The translations under genes were made by a program, and so were the position numbers. A stretch of DNA of 64,000 bases, taken from the NCBI RefSeq assembly GCF_964204645.1, contig NC_134025.1, positions 7,564,001 to 7,628,000 of the forward strand, in the 5' to 3' direction. This DNA is from Tubulanus polymorphus (lineage: Eukaryota > Animalia > Nemertea). This document shows, piece after piece, positions 13,820 through 26,648 of the stretch; position 1 is the first letter of the stretch; each line of letters starts with the position of its first letter. The notes below the pieces were generated by a model. The model was not told the DNA's origin and did no database searches. It saw nothing but the letters and a program-made list of their open reading frames with translations.

Positions 13820-16200
13820 ATGGACGGGGTCGAATTATCGAACATCAACGGAGAAGATAATGAAACAAGGGATGCGACTGAAATGCCTGTGATATTTGCG
13901 TCGCCCCCAGCCACGATAGGGCCCCCGATTCCCATTCCACCCAGTGTTCACTTGGGATTAACAATCGCGTTTACAATTTTGTACTCATTCCTGTTTTTCA
14001 TGGTGTATATTCAATTATGGATGATTTTGTATTACAAACACAAACGTTTTAGCTATCAAACAATTTTTCTGGCGCTGTGCTTAGTCTGGGCCGGATTGCG
14101 GACAACGTTATTTTCGTTTTACTACAAAAATTGTGTACTCGCAAACAACTTGGCCATGTTCCCAAATTGGTGGTTGTACAGTCTTCCTGTTTGTTTGCAG
14201 TTCATTACACTTTGTCTTCTTGTTCTTTACTTTTCTCAGGTGAGTTTTGTCCGTTTGAAATTGTACAAGTTTTCAAGTGCCGTACAGGATTATTCTTGGA
14301 TGGCTTGAATTATACAAAGAGATATTTAATAGTTCTTATTTTTTGCTCCAATTTCAGGTTTTGCACAAGGCAAGAACAGCATATAGGGAACAACAGAAAT
14401 CTAGGTTGTTGATCATATAATTAAATATAGAAAATCTCTTAACATTTCAAGTGTAAACGGACAAATCTAAATGAGTATCTTAACTTTTTCAGGTTCGTGC
14501 CGATCATAACATCGATCGCGATCATCATCTTCATCGTGACGAATATCATTTGTGCAGTACTGACGTATATACGGAAACACCACATAAACGACAATGTGAG
14601 AATTATTGTGCAATGTCGAGTGATCATTAATGATCTACTGTTCGTTCTGTTCGGTATTTACCTGGCAATTTGCATCGTTCGAGTGACCAGAACACAATCT
14701 GCTAACCTTGTACTACAAGCGAGAGTAAGTACATATGTAAACAAAAAATGTTAAATGATTATCATTCAGCTGGTTAGATTAATCACTTAAGAATTACGTG
14801 CATGTTTTGTGAAAGCTGCTTGGGTTAAAACCAAGTTCGAATAAACTGGAACCGAAATTTCCAATTATGTACTTCAATTTAAACAAAATGTTCTGTCAAT
14901 TCGACTGCTGATCACACAACTATATCTGCGATTTCTGATTTCGAAATCTAACCCCCTGTTTCGATCCCAGCAGGTGTGTTGGGTTTGTAAGGGACACCAG
15001 AAAGAAAAAAATTGAACGAAATCTATTGCTCAAATAAATAACAGGGTCAATCCCTATTTTAAGATCAAACACCAAGTTTGTACTGAAACAGCCTGAAAGC
15101 CACATTCACTTCTGTGCTTGGTCAAATGATTTGTTTTTGTTGTGCAGGGTACCACCAGTTGTCTTTCAATAACTGTATGCGTTCTGATAATAGTGTTATA
15201 CATGACCCGAGCTATCTACAACATCATAGCAGTTACATGTCCCAAAATTCCCGGATTTGGGTACAGCTGGATCAATGTGTCGGATCAGGTACTGCTGCAT
15301 CACACATTTTCATAGCCATAAAGTTCCTGGTATGTGGAAGTTACACCCTTTCAATTTCTATTGGTAATTCGATTTTTCAGGCAGAATTGATCGACTTAGA
15401 CCAAGGTATCGCATATGTCTCATTTGGTGCTGTGTTGTTTATTTGGGAGTTCTTGCCTACGTTTCTAGTTGTCATGTATTTCAGAGTTCAAATTCCAAAA
15501 AACAATGTGGTGAGTCTTTAAATCTGATTCAAATACTCGTTCAATATAGTTTCGCGTCTTAATATAAAAACCTTTAAGGAAGGTAATTTGTTAATAAAAT
15601 CTATCAAAAATAACCTATTTATTTCGTTGTTGACCTTTCCCGTTTTGTCATTTATTTTGAGCGACATTAGACCCCTTTAAGTACATTTGCCCTTATCTCG
15701 TATGTATCGTCTGTTAGTCATGAAAAATCTATGTTTTGTTGATTTCATTTCAGACTGTCTCAGATGTATCATCCCATAGTCATGGATCTCGAGCATATTT
15801 CTTCGATAATCCGAGACGTTATGACAGCGACGATGACCTTTCATCGAGAAGTCATGTATCTCCACCCAGAGGAGGGTAATTAATTGATTAACAACTTTCT
15901 AAAATAATTTTCTACTTGATTTATAACATGAAATTACCTATTTTGGTTTAAATTTTTAGGTTGTATGACGTGAGTTCTAGTCCTCATTACCTAATCAATG
16001 CGCCTAATTCGTATAGACCATCATGGCATGCTTCTCCACAGAGTGCACCAAACAGACAGAATACATCAGCATCAGGATTGCTGAGTAGTAACAGTTTCCC
16101 GAGCGGTCAGTACGGCATACAGGACTCAACTCCTCCAATTCTATTCACATCTGCTCAAAATCCTCGACAAGTGAAACAATCATTCTATGATGATACTTGA
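13820..16200 (+). CDS. GPR137: GPR137/TM7SF1-family lysosomal multi-pass membrane protein (multi-exon)
   Basis: [112 protein letters not shown]: hallmark GPR137B-type motifs across GT-AG exons. Confidence 0.92.
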
Positions 16201-18360
16201 TTCTAATGGTTTGATGTACCGGTATTTGATAATTCATCCTTTCTTGTTATATACCCATACATAGGTATATATATTACCTATGCACACCGATGAATACATT
16301 CGAATATTGTCTCTTAATATTGATATGACTGTAAATAAAAAGTCTCATAGTTAAAGATATGCATATTTCATCCCTCCGTGCAATAGTAATTTACACACTG
16401 ATTACCCGGTTATGTAAAAACTGTATTGTTCATCTGTGTAATCATTTTGTTTGCTTGGTAATTTGGCTGATTTTAATTTCATTGCTACAGTTTACATCTG
16501 ATGTTCCATTGTATCATTCCATGGCACATTCCATTCGTCTGCTGTCCTTATATAAGTATTATTTTGTAGTTGATATATTTGTATAATTTTTTTCACCCTT
16601 TAATACATGTATATATGATGTATATTATGCCATTTCTCGAACAAATATTGTGATTAAAGCTTTCATGCAATATAAGGCCATCAAATACTGCTTTATAGTT
16701 GACTTTAGTTCGAATCTAGAAGTGAAAGCCAATAAAGATAAGAGGTTCTAAGTGCATTTCTTATCTATTTAGGGATTTTGAGTTATTTCAAAGACTAGAC
16801 CAACACATATCTTATCGAAATTATTTGCAAAGAATTGGTTAAAAAATTCTTTCTAATTAGTTGACATGAAAAACTTAATTACACAAATTTCTGTTATTGA
16901 TAACTGTTCAACTTTAATATCTAATGCTACTGTTTTCATTTACTGCATATAGACTTGGCTTTCCTGTGTTAACTAGTGTTCAAAATTTCATTACCTAACT
17001 TCTAGATGCATTTATATTAGTTGTAATTACAGATGAAAAGCTAAAATTATGTTTTGTAGGTTTGTATGAAAGGTGCTGTAAATTAAATTTCATGTAAATT
17101 GTGTATGTAACTTTAATATGGAAAAAAATGTATATCTGTACATTCCATTTTATGTTAAAGCTTTGACTATAGTGATAAGCCTTGCCAAATGTTGATATTT
17201 TTCACTGTTGGAATTAATATATTACATATGAAACAAATACCATCCTTTTGGTTTATTCTTTTTGTGCTCGATCAGTCAGAAAATAGTACATGTTAACTAT
17301 CATGCGGATAGAGGATGGACCGTAAGGAAACTTGAAATGGCACAATGAAGAAATAATTCCTTTCCACATGATAAACATTCTTTGGGATGGAACTGAAACT
17401 TTTCAATGTAGCTGAGTCTGCATGGGTACAACAGTTGTACAGGTTTTTGGCATAAAGATGATTTTCCTCAATTTCATCTATGTTTACTCGAGGTCAAGTT
17501 TTCCAAATAAATGTGGTTGCAATTTAATGAACATCATTTTAAGTAAAATTTGACATTTTTTATTAATAATAAATAATGATAAAAGTACATTTTACATCAA
17601 TGAAATTAATATGTCCCTGATTGACAATATTGGACTTGTACCATGATACCTAGAATTTAGTTCAAAGCACCCTAAATAGCTTTATATATTCATAACTGAC
17701 AACATCAGCATGCATACAACAGACAATAACCGGTTGTCTTAATATTCAAATATCATTACAGATCAATATGCTAATGGATTACGGTAAATTATACATTTTT
17801 ACAATGTAAAAACAAATATATCATTGATGACAATAATGCATGAACAAGTTCATGATGTGCTTATTGCCTGTAATATCACCGAACAATAACAATATACATA
17901 TAACTTTTTAACTACAACTAAAATTTGGCTTCCTATCAACAGACAAATCTTCAAATTCAGGAAAAAGTCGAATTTGAAATCTCATACATGCTGATATCAC
18001 AAAAAATTTTGTGTTACATGTAGTATATAGTACAATATAACTATGACAACATAATATGCATACTATCATATAAACAATAATTGTGCCTTAAAATTATATA
18101 GATAGAATTCTTAATTACTTTATAAAAATAGATTTCTGCAAATAAGACAAATGGCTGCCGATGAAAAATTGAAAAGCTCCCAATGTACATCATAAAGTGC
18201 GTACATTATCAACTTCCATATAATGAGCACCTTGCTACATTACTTTTCTGGCATCTAAATGTTAGGTAACAAGGCACACAACTGAGCTGACCTAGTGTTA
18301 CTGTATCATCTACCTATCTACTGTGGATAATGATTTCAGTAAGGTATTGAGAATTGTTGA

Positions 18361-21300
18361 TCAATATTGCCGCGGATCTCGCCGGACCGGTGACGATGAT
18401 TTATGGCGGCGTTGAATCGTCACGCGTTTTGGACTACGACTGCGACCCCTCGGTCTCGAGTGCAGGATCATTTTCGCGTCGTTGAAGCCTGCCTGATAGC
18501 CATCTTCGAGATCTGAGAAAGCGCTTTCAATCGCAATTCCTGATAAAGATGCCGACTGATGTGCTTGAATAAGTTTTTCCAGACGATTTATGATTTCATA
18601 ATCAGGCACAGCTAGTGAATTAAGGTCTAATCCTAGCATACGCGCAATAACTTTCCGTAATTCCAAAAGCTGAAATGCATAACACCAAAATCATATGTTT
18701 GTACTTAGACAGTGAGAATTTAAACCACGAAATGGATTATTCCGCATAAAATGTATGAAGTACCTGTCTTTCTTTTGTTGTAGCCTCTTCAAGAGCAAAC
18801 TTAGTCGTTTTGAGTTCACTTGTCAAGGCGTGTACAGCATTGTCCGATATTGTACGCTGTTCATGACAAGTTGACCCTCTTAAATCAACCTCTTTCTTCA
18901 ATTCCTGGATCTTCTTTGCTTGCTTCTGTCGCACTCTTTCCAACTTTTCAAGATGTTTTTCAAGGCTTTGCATCTCTTTATCTTGACCCAAGCAGGTGAG
19001 CTGTAAAATGGAAATAACACGGTGAAAATCTTCTAGACAGGATGCTTGATTTACTTGTCTTAGGTATCATGTTTCTTTTTCTTTTGTATTTACCTTCAAA
19101 TTACTTCCTTCTAATAGTTGAGCTTTTAGATCAACAATTTCAGCCCGTGCTTCTTTCAACAATAGTTGATTTTTCTCAAGCTGACGACTTAACTTTCGCA
19201 CTTTGCCCGATTCAGAATCACGTTCAATTTCCAAATCACCTTTACTGTGAATTCGTTCCTCTAAAGTCGTGATTTTCTTGCGTAACAGATCAAGATGTAG
19301 ATCTTTGCTTTCTAACTGCTGCTTGAATGTTTTCAGTTTACGTTGAAGGTTGTAAATATGCGTGCTCTTATCAGCGAGTGCATCTGCTTCTAATTTCACC
19401 AATTGATCAGCACGGGCGAGCAAGGCTTGACCAGTCATATCGAATCCAATCTCTGCACTTATTCGCTCCATCTTCATCGACTCGGCTATCTTTTCCAAAA
19501 ATCGCAAAAACTGTAATATTAAAGTGACAAATAGCAACTTACAAATTGTTTCTTTTCCCAGATTTAGCGATATGAGATCAACATTTATATACCAGATCCA
19601 TACCTTTTGTTTATCAGCTCGTAGTCCATCCTTAATGACTTCTTGTGAGGCTAATTCCGATTCGTAATGTTTCAGACGTGACTCAACATCAACGAGATCT
19701 GCTTCAAGACGTTTCGATCGGTTATGAGCACTCTGTCCTCTTTCATACGTACTCTCGAAATGTTCTCCAACTCGTTTCATCTTGTCTTCTAACACTTCAA
19801 CTCTCTGAAATTACGAGATACAGGTCAACTACCGATGCCCAATCAACTGGATTAACTCCATAACCAACATTTGTTCCATTGTTACCTTTTTATCATCTTT
19901 TGCTGTGACTTGTAAATGTTTTATCTTATCCTTGATAGTTTCCTCATTAGGAGCAACGCTATGGTACGCGTCACTCAGTAAATGAGCTAAACTTTCTTTA
20001 AATCCATTATACTGAGCTTCAATACTACGAACGCTGAACGAAGTTTCATGTTTCTCTCGGTCAATTCTGGTCAAGAGAAGAAATTGAATAACATTGAAAA
20101 CTTTAAATGGAAAGTGTATATTCCTAAAGGAAATAGCAATTGTCAACATACTTTGATAATCTCTGCTCTCTGTCTTCTAGTTCATGTCTCGTGGCATTCC
20201 AAGCTTTCTGGGTCGATTCTAACCTTTCCTTGAGTAATTCGACTTCTCTTAACAGTTCTCTGCGCTCAGCAACTGCATTCTCCCGCTCCTACGTACACGA
20301 CAACAATAACTTTAGGTGCATATTGTTAAAGATTAGGTAGGCATCTGATAGGAACAATCTATCAATTGTATGAACTGTGTCGAAAATATCAGTCGCTTAA
20401 CTGCTTACCAATTTGATATTGGCAATTTCCGTATTGTACTGAGATACATTCTTCTGTTCACGACCAACTTCTGACACGAGTCTCATAATCGTCTCTCGAC
20501 TCGCCTTCGATTCTAACTCCGTGTTCGACAACGTTTCATTCAAAGTCAACATCTTCCCTTTTAACATTGCATTCTCTTGGATAACGTTACTGATCTATTA
20601 GTGTACAAGAAATAGTATAACAACACCGCTGTCTGATATTAACTAACTATGCTGTAACTATGAAACAGATCGAAATAATGTTAAAATGAAACTTACCAGT
20701 GATACGATTGTTTGTACACTATCAGCAGAATTGACGGAAACATCTAGTTTAATGCTGTTTGACAGGAACACACTGGATATTTGAGTAAGAATATCGTTGT
20801 ATCTTTTCTCGATAGTTGATTTCAGTTGTTCTGCTTTTTCTCGTTCCTCCAAATGTTGCCTAAAAAACAGTGCCGCAAATCCATCTTGCTATTACTATGG
20901 TTTGAATGGTAATTGATAGAATGCACTTAAATCATAAAAAAAAAAATTTCCTCATACCTGAGCCTTGATTCTAATTCTAATATCCGTTCACGGGCTTGGT
21001 CATTTTCAGCTTGTAATGTTCGAATAGTCAGTTCACTTTTTCCTTTTATATTTTCAAATGTGCCCGACTTGAATTCGGCCTCTTGGATTTTTTGTTGCAT
21101 CGATTCAACGACCGTTTGAAGTCGAGCGTCGGTCTCACGGCGAGATTCTATTTCGGCTTTCAATTCTTTAATTCGCATTTCTCTGGCTTCAATTTGATTT
21201 TCAGCGTCTCGCAACTGAAATATAATTAAAACAACATAACATTTTAATCAAGGAATCAAAAGCAAAATATTTGACTCATTATAGAGATATTAGACTTAAC

Positions 21301-21992
21301 AAACCTGCGATGTTAAATGTTCAACTTTAACTTGAAGAGCGGCGACCTCTGTTTTTGATGCTCCAGAATGAAGTGCCGAATTAAGAAATGATTCTAGCTG
21401 TAATGAAATTTGGTTCAAAAAATGTTATTACAAAACCTGAAATATACATCAAATTAGTTAAAGAAGTGACAACTTACTTTGGTGGGATCCAAAGACGATT
21501 TAACAAATTCAGCATCTGTTGAACTGTAAAAGAATTTAAAAGAGCTTTAGATAATCTATAAGTGATAGCGTAATCAATGTTTGAATGAAGATATTTATAA
21601 AGTCTTACCTGGATAGTTGAGTAATTAACGTATCTTTCTTTTTTAGATCATCTTTCAGTGATTTCACTTGGTCTTGTAGCTACACGTATGACAAAGTTAA
21701 AAGGATTTCATGATTCTGACTGAGAGCGAAGACTGAATGTGATTCCACATATCACAAAAAAAAATCTAAAATTTTGACTATACCATCCTTCAAATCTTAC
21801 CTCTATTAAAATTCTGCGATTTGAAGGGGACGTAGGTCGAGATAGATTGAGGCCTCCAGAACTCCGGCCAAGTAACCGATCATCCAACTCTTCCAGTGAA
21901 ATCTTCTTCGATTCGAATCCATTCTTTCGAATTATACTGGGAAAACCATCAGTTTCCAAATCTTTGTAAAACGACATCTTATGCAGTGACAT
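18361..21992 (-). CDS. CCDC170: Coiled-coil domain-containing protein 170-like (multi-exon)
   Basis: Long heptad exons; LQRKLKTFKQQLESKDLHLDLLRKKI, KQARK-like KQAKKI, and C-terminal RKVIARMLGLDLNSLAVPDYEIINRLEKLIQAH, typical of CCDC170. The start could be 21992 or 21977. Confidence 0.85.
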
Positions 21993-22491
21993 CCAATCCT
22001 AACTAAAGATTAGAGCGCGATAATCCCCTAAAATAGTGTTTTTATCAGCGATGAAGCAGTGTTGAGAATTAGAATGCGTACCCAGTGGAAGTTCGTACGT
22101 AACCCAGTAAATAGAGACCAATAACTTTCACTGTTGTAAACCTGTCATCCATGATCCATGGCAACATATAAACAGCTGCAGGTGCCCGTTCCGGCTAATT
22201 GAAATCAAGGCTATTAAACAGCGCCAATCATCTCTAAATCCCACTCGCGCCTTGATTATCGTTAATTTTTGTTTTACGTATACAAAATTATACCTACTAT
22301 TCTTCTTCGTGCGTTTTATCGTTGGTAACATGCCCAGAGAGTCTTATCATTTATATCTAATTGTGCATCAATAAAATTCAATGTATTTTGGCAGGCCACC
22401 TATTGCGCCATCTATCGAGAATCATCATCGTGACGAATCGACCACAGCTCACTCGATCGAAGGTCGGTAGAAAAAAGTTTCGCCTAAAAGC

Positions 22492-23391
22492 ATGTTTTAT
22501 AAATTCAATTCAATTTCTGGGCGAGTTGCGCCTTCAACTCAGTCGGCCGCTTATAACCCACAGGTAAGATCATACTTGATGTAAACCCGATCAGTTTTAA
22601 TCGTTTTTCCGTCGTCGTCCGGTTGATGGTCGGTCATCCTTTTCTGGACACTCGCCTGCCTGTGCCAATGTCGTGAGGCTTGAATTGGCAAATTTTTTCC
22701 TAGGTTACTTTAGAATTCAAGGAAAATCAATTTTAAATCAGATTGATATGAATGAGCTTTGAGAAAAGATTGAAAATTGAATCTATAAAAGCCTTTAATT
22801 CAAATAGAGTAAGCCTTTAATTCAAATAGGGCCTAAGTTGTTATTAATTAGGTGCCTAGGCTAAATTAGGCACCCGTGAGTGACATTAGGGCAAAGAAAT
22901 ATTACTTAAAGTTTAGATTATTGATTTCATATTATTTTCAGGGTATTCGACCATTTGAAGATCGACCTGCATTTTTCCAGTTTGACCAGAAGAATACAAG
23001 ACCTGTAACAAGTGAAGCTAGGAGTACTTTAGGAAAAATGGCAGACCTCAAACAACCTAAAATTAATATGAGTACTGCAGCTGCTGGCACGACTAAACCT
23101 CTAGGATTCATCCCATCTAATCCTAAATATCAAAGAATTATTGAATTACAGAAAAAGTTCAGCGTAAGTGATATAGATATATCCCCTCGATTTCATTTAC
23201 AAGTATATCTCATTTTTGGTTAATGGCAATAACTGTTTTTTCTTTTTTGATAGAAAAATGATGGAGTTTTGGTTTGGCTGAAGATGGGTGGAAGAGATAA
23301 AGCATTGGTTGGATTAACAGTCGCTTGCTGCATTGCTGGATTTGCTTCAGGATTTTCCACCTTGTATGACATGGCTAGAAAGAAGAATTAA
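22492..23391 (+). CDS. COX7A2L: Long COX7A-family protein with COX7A2L/SCAF1-like N-terminus (143 aa; exons 22492-22563, 22942-23163, 23254-23391)
   Basis: Exon 1 MFYKFNSISGRVAPSTQSAAYNPQ|G resembles recalled human COX7A2L [25 protein letters not shown]. The C-terminal IELQKKFS|KNDGVLVWLKMGGRDKAL plus a TM helix matches COX7A. All junctions are phase-0 GT-AG. Confidence 0.85.
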
Positions 23392-23801
23392 CGTTCAGGT
23401 ACACTTGAATGAGTTAAATGATTTTCCCCTGTCTTTTTTAACCAACGATACTTATAGACTTTGCAAAATCTTGTGCCCAAATTACATCAAATTTTACTTT
23501 TAAATTCAGCAGATCTTATTGTGTCCATTATCTTACGATGAATATTATGTCTCTTTTCAGGTTTTTAGGAATTTTAGTTATTGCTTGGAAAGTTTTTGAA
23601 TGGTTTGTTAGTTTTAGTCAACTCAGGAACTTCTGATATGCAATGCAATCTATTTCTTTGATCTCAAGAATTCCTTCAGGTCATTTTTCTGGTTTTAATC
23701 TTTTAACTTGTTAATGTCCGAGCTAAAATACAGAATCATTTTAATTGAAGAAGTGTCTTTTGAAATCCTTTTCACTTCATCAGTGGTTGTGGACTATACT
23801 T

Positions 23802-24025
23802 CAGGGGCGGATCTAGGATTTTCCATGGGGGTGTCCAAAAGGGCACTTCTTACGAAAAACCACGTACTCCTAATACTTCTACACCATTTTAGGGGGTACT
23901 TTCGGTCATTTCATGCGTTGAATATATATTATAGGTGGAAAACCTTGATCAAAATATTTTGGGGTGACATTTTTGAGGGCACTTCAAAGTTGAGGGGGGT
24001 CTGGACACCCCTAGATCCGCCCCTG
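23802..24025. mobile_element. hAT-like MITE with 5-bp TSD (TACTT)
   Basis: TACTT|CAGGGGCGGATCTAGG ... CCTAGATCCGCCCCTG|TACTT: perfect 16-bp TIR and perfect 5-bp TSD. Confidence 0.9.
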
Positions 24026-24323
24026 TACTTCACCCAAAGGATTTGGGATGTTAACAGTTTAAATGTAGGTATAGAAAATCTTGACAGACTTAACAACGAC
24101 CCGAGGAAGTATACCAATCATCAGTGGTCAAACCAAAAGGAAGGTTATTCTAATACTGGTAGCTTATTTTAATTCCTACGGATTTATTTTACACAATGGA
24201 TACATTAATCTGAGACAATGATTTTACATTTCTAGTTGATTTTATCAAACGTTTCTTCATAAGAAAATTCCTACATTATTTCGGCACACTTTCTTCACAG
24301 CAAATCTTTTCAGTTAAATTCTA

Positions 24324-24844
24324 CTACTGCTTTGGATATGACATCAGATATAGGTTGTAGAAGGCGCTTGTTAGCCCACATAGACAAACGGCACCGGTAA
24401 AATAGTAAGGTATAAGGTCGCGTGCTCCGCGTTTCTGCCATACCAGAGCGCCATCTTGAGCCTGAAAACGGATATTAAGATAAGAATAATTGCTAATTGA
24501 TATTCTTAGGTCTTGTCTCGTGGTTCAACTGACCGTCATCAGTTTTTGCATTTCCATGATCTTTTGATATCGAGGGCCTGCTGGAACGGTTCCAAGCGCT
24601 TTTCCATTTCTACCAGCCGATGTGGTAATCGCTCTCACTGCCACTCTACTGACATTCTGAAAAATTGACATTTAGATTTCTTCATCATGTAACTTTGAGA
24701 GGAGGGAAGTAAAAAACAAAGTGTTTCAAATATATATGATTTTGTGGATTTAAACGGTTATATTATAAAGACACAAGACGAGTGGCCAGACTGGAAGAAA
24801 GCTAGAGTTGACTACAATTTAATACTAACCACTGCTTGGTTCAT
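24324..24844 (-). CDS. COX7A: Short cytochrome c oxidase subunit 7A (91 aa; exons 24844-24830, 24656-24534, 24461-24324); not in the ORF track
   Basis: MNQAV|NVSRVAVRAITTSAGRNGKALGTVPAGPRYQKIMEMQKLMT|AQDGALVWQKRGARDLIPYYFTGAVCLCGLTSAFYNLYLMSYPKQ*. It has an aaaATG context, phase-0 GT-AG introns, an Arg-rich presequence and a COX7A-type C-terminus. The 15-nt exon 1 is the least certain part. Confidence 0.88.
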
Positions 24845-25201
24845 TTTTTACGTGCTATCTAACATGGATGGTACAAAAAAACTCCTCTTTTGAGGTCAGC
24901 TATCAGAAATTGTTAACTTGAGTGCTGACATCTGGATACATTTATCTATTGAAAAACAACATTTATTTCATACATTAAGAAAAGAAAAGAATCTAAATTT
25001 GTTTTAAAGCAATTAAAAGAATAGAATGTATTTCTAAGTGGGCTATTACAAAATATAGACAGCTTTGTGTTTAGGACGTTTCAGTGTCTCGTTCTAACGG
25101 CAGCTTAGTCTATGCGTATTTGATCGGGATAACGTTGATTTCTAAACGACTGGGTGACTTTTCTCGGCGGTTTCCGTCGGTTGTTAGCTCGATTGAACAA
25201 A

Positions 25202-26518
25202 ATGGCAGCCTCCATCGAGAACGCGGAAGTGAATATTGGATTCGTCGAACAGATCGACGAATGTGATAAATGGAAACTCCACAGCGCCCAGTTTCCGAGT
25301 AAACTTGGTGGCAAACCGGCATGGCTTTCATTGAATGCTCTGCCGAAAGCTGACTTGATGTCATGCCCTAATTGTCAAGATCCGATGATATTTCTGTTGC
25401 AAATCTATTGTCCTCTGATCGATGATGATGAAAAGGTCGACTGTTTTCACAGATCGTTATTCATTTTCATCTGCAAAAACACTCAGTGTTCCCAGTTGAA
25501 TAAATCGCCCAATTTTAAAGTGTTCCGCTGCCAGTTGCCTCGTGAAAACAAGTTTTATGGCTATGAGCCGCCATTGGTGAAATCGATCGACCTTGATTTA
25601 AATTTTGATACAAAGTGTGACACTTTGTGCGAAGTCTGTGGATGCTATGCTTCGAAACGGTGTTCCAAGTGCAAACAAGTCAACTACTGTTCTCAAAATC
25701 ACCAAAAACTGGACTGGAAATATGGACACAAATCATCATGTGGAATGAATAATAAGACCAAACAGGGTAAGGTAATTTAAACAATGTAGATCAAGAGTCA
25801 AACTCTTCGATCACCCGCTTATAAATGTGGAATATCATTTCAGGGGCATGTCTTCTGTTTGATGAAGCTGAATTGGTTACCGAACCAGAAAGCCTAGCTA
25901 CTGATGAAAAAGAGAAGAGCGAGGAGGAAAAAATGACGGAATATGAGGAGTTCATGAAATCCAACAAGTCGCACAGTTTTGTATCCGGAGATGATCGAAA
26001 CCTTCAAAAGATGGCGCTTTCAGATGAAGACACTGATAAGGTCTTCAAAGAGTTCAAGAAGAGGGTTGCACATGAACCCGAACAGGTGTGCAATGGGGCG
26101 CAATCATGAAAGTAGTGGAAGAAATCAAACCATAATCGTTCTATTACTAGTTAATCTTCAATCATTACAGGTATTAAGGTACTCACTAGGTGGTCAACCT
26201 CTTTGGGTTTGTAGTGACAATATACCTAATTCTGGTGAAATACCTAGCTGTGAATGTGGTGCCAAGAGGCAGTTTGAGTTTCAGGTATGTCGTACATATT
26301 TCACCGCATATCAAACCAAATCAGTCAACTCGACGACTAATGTTTGCCCTGACTGCTTTCCTTTTTAGGTGATGCCTCAGTTGCTTTGTCATTTGAAATT
26401 AGATAAGTTAGAGAATAGCATTGATTGGGGAACGCTAGCTGTTTATACCTGCTCAGAGAACTGTTCAGAAGGTGCGATATATCATCCTGAATTTCTTTGG
26501 AAACAAGATTACTCGTGA
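25202..26518 (+). CDS. PDCD2: Programmed cell death protein 2 (MYND zinc finger, uS5 chaperone), 4 exons
   Basis: [48 protein letters not shown] finger CEVC...CSKC...[40 protein letters not shown]. Confidence 0.95.
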
Positions 26519-26648
26519 CGAGCTGTATGATATCAAAACTGCATAAATAAATCAGAATGGAAAAATTCATAGCTTTCGATTTTGTCGCTGTATTTTTCAT
26601 ATAAAATCGCATCTATTTTTACAAAGGACATTATTTTTAGGCTTTTAC

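Noticed and set aside
22790-22829. Short tandem duplication AAGCCTTTAATTCAAATAG x2
   Set aside because: Ordinary intronic slippage duplicate with no further structure.
23708-24172. 154-aa ORF between the COX7A genes
   Set aside because: It spans the hAT-like MITE, has a non-ATG start and shows no protein motif.
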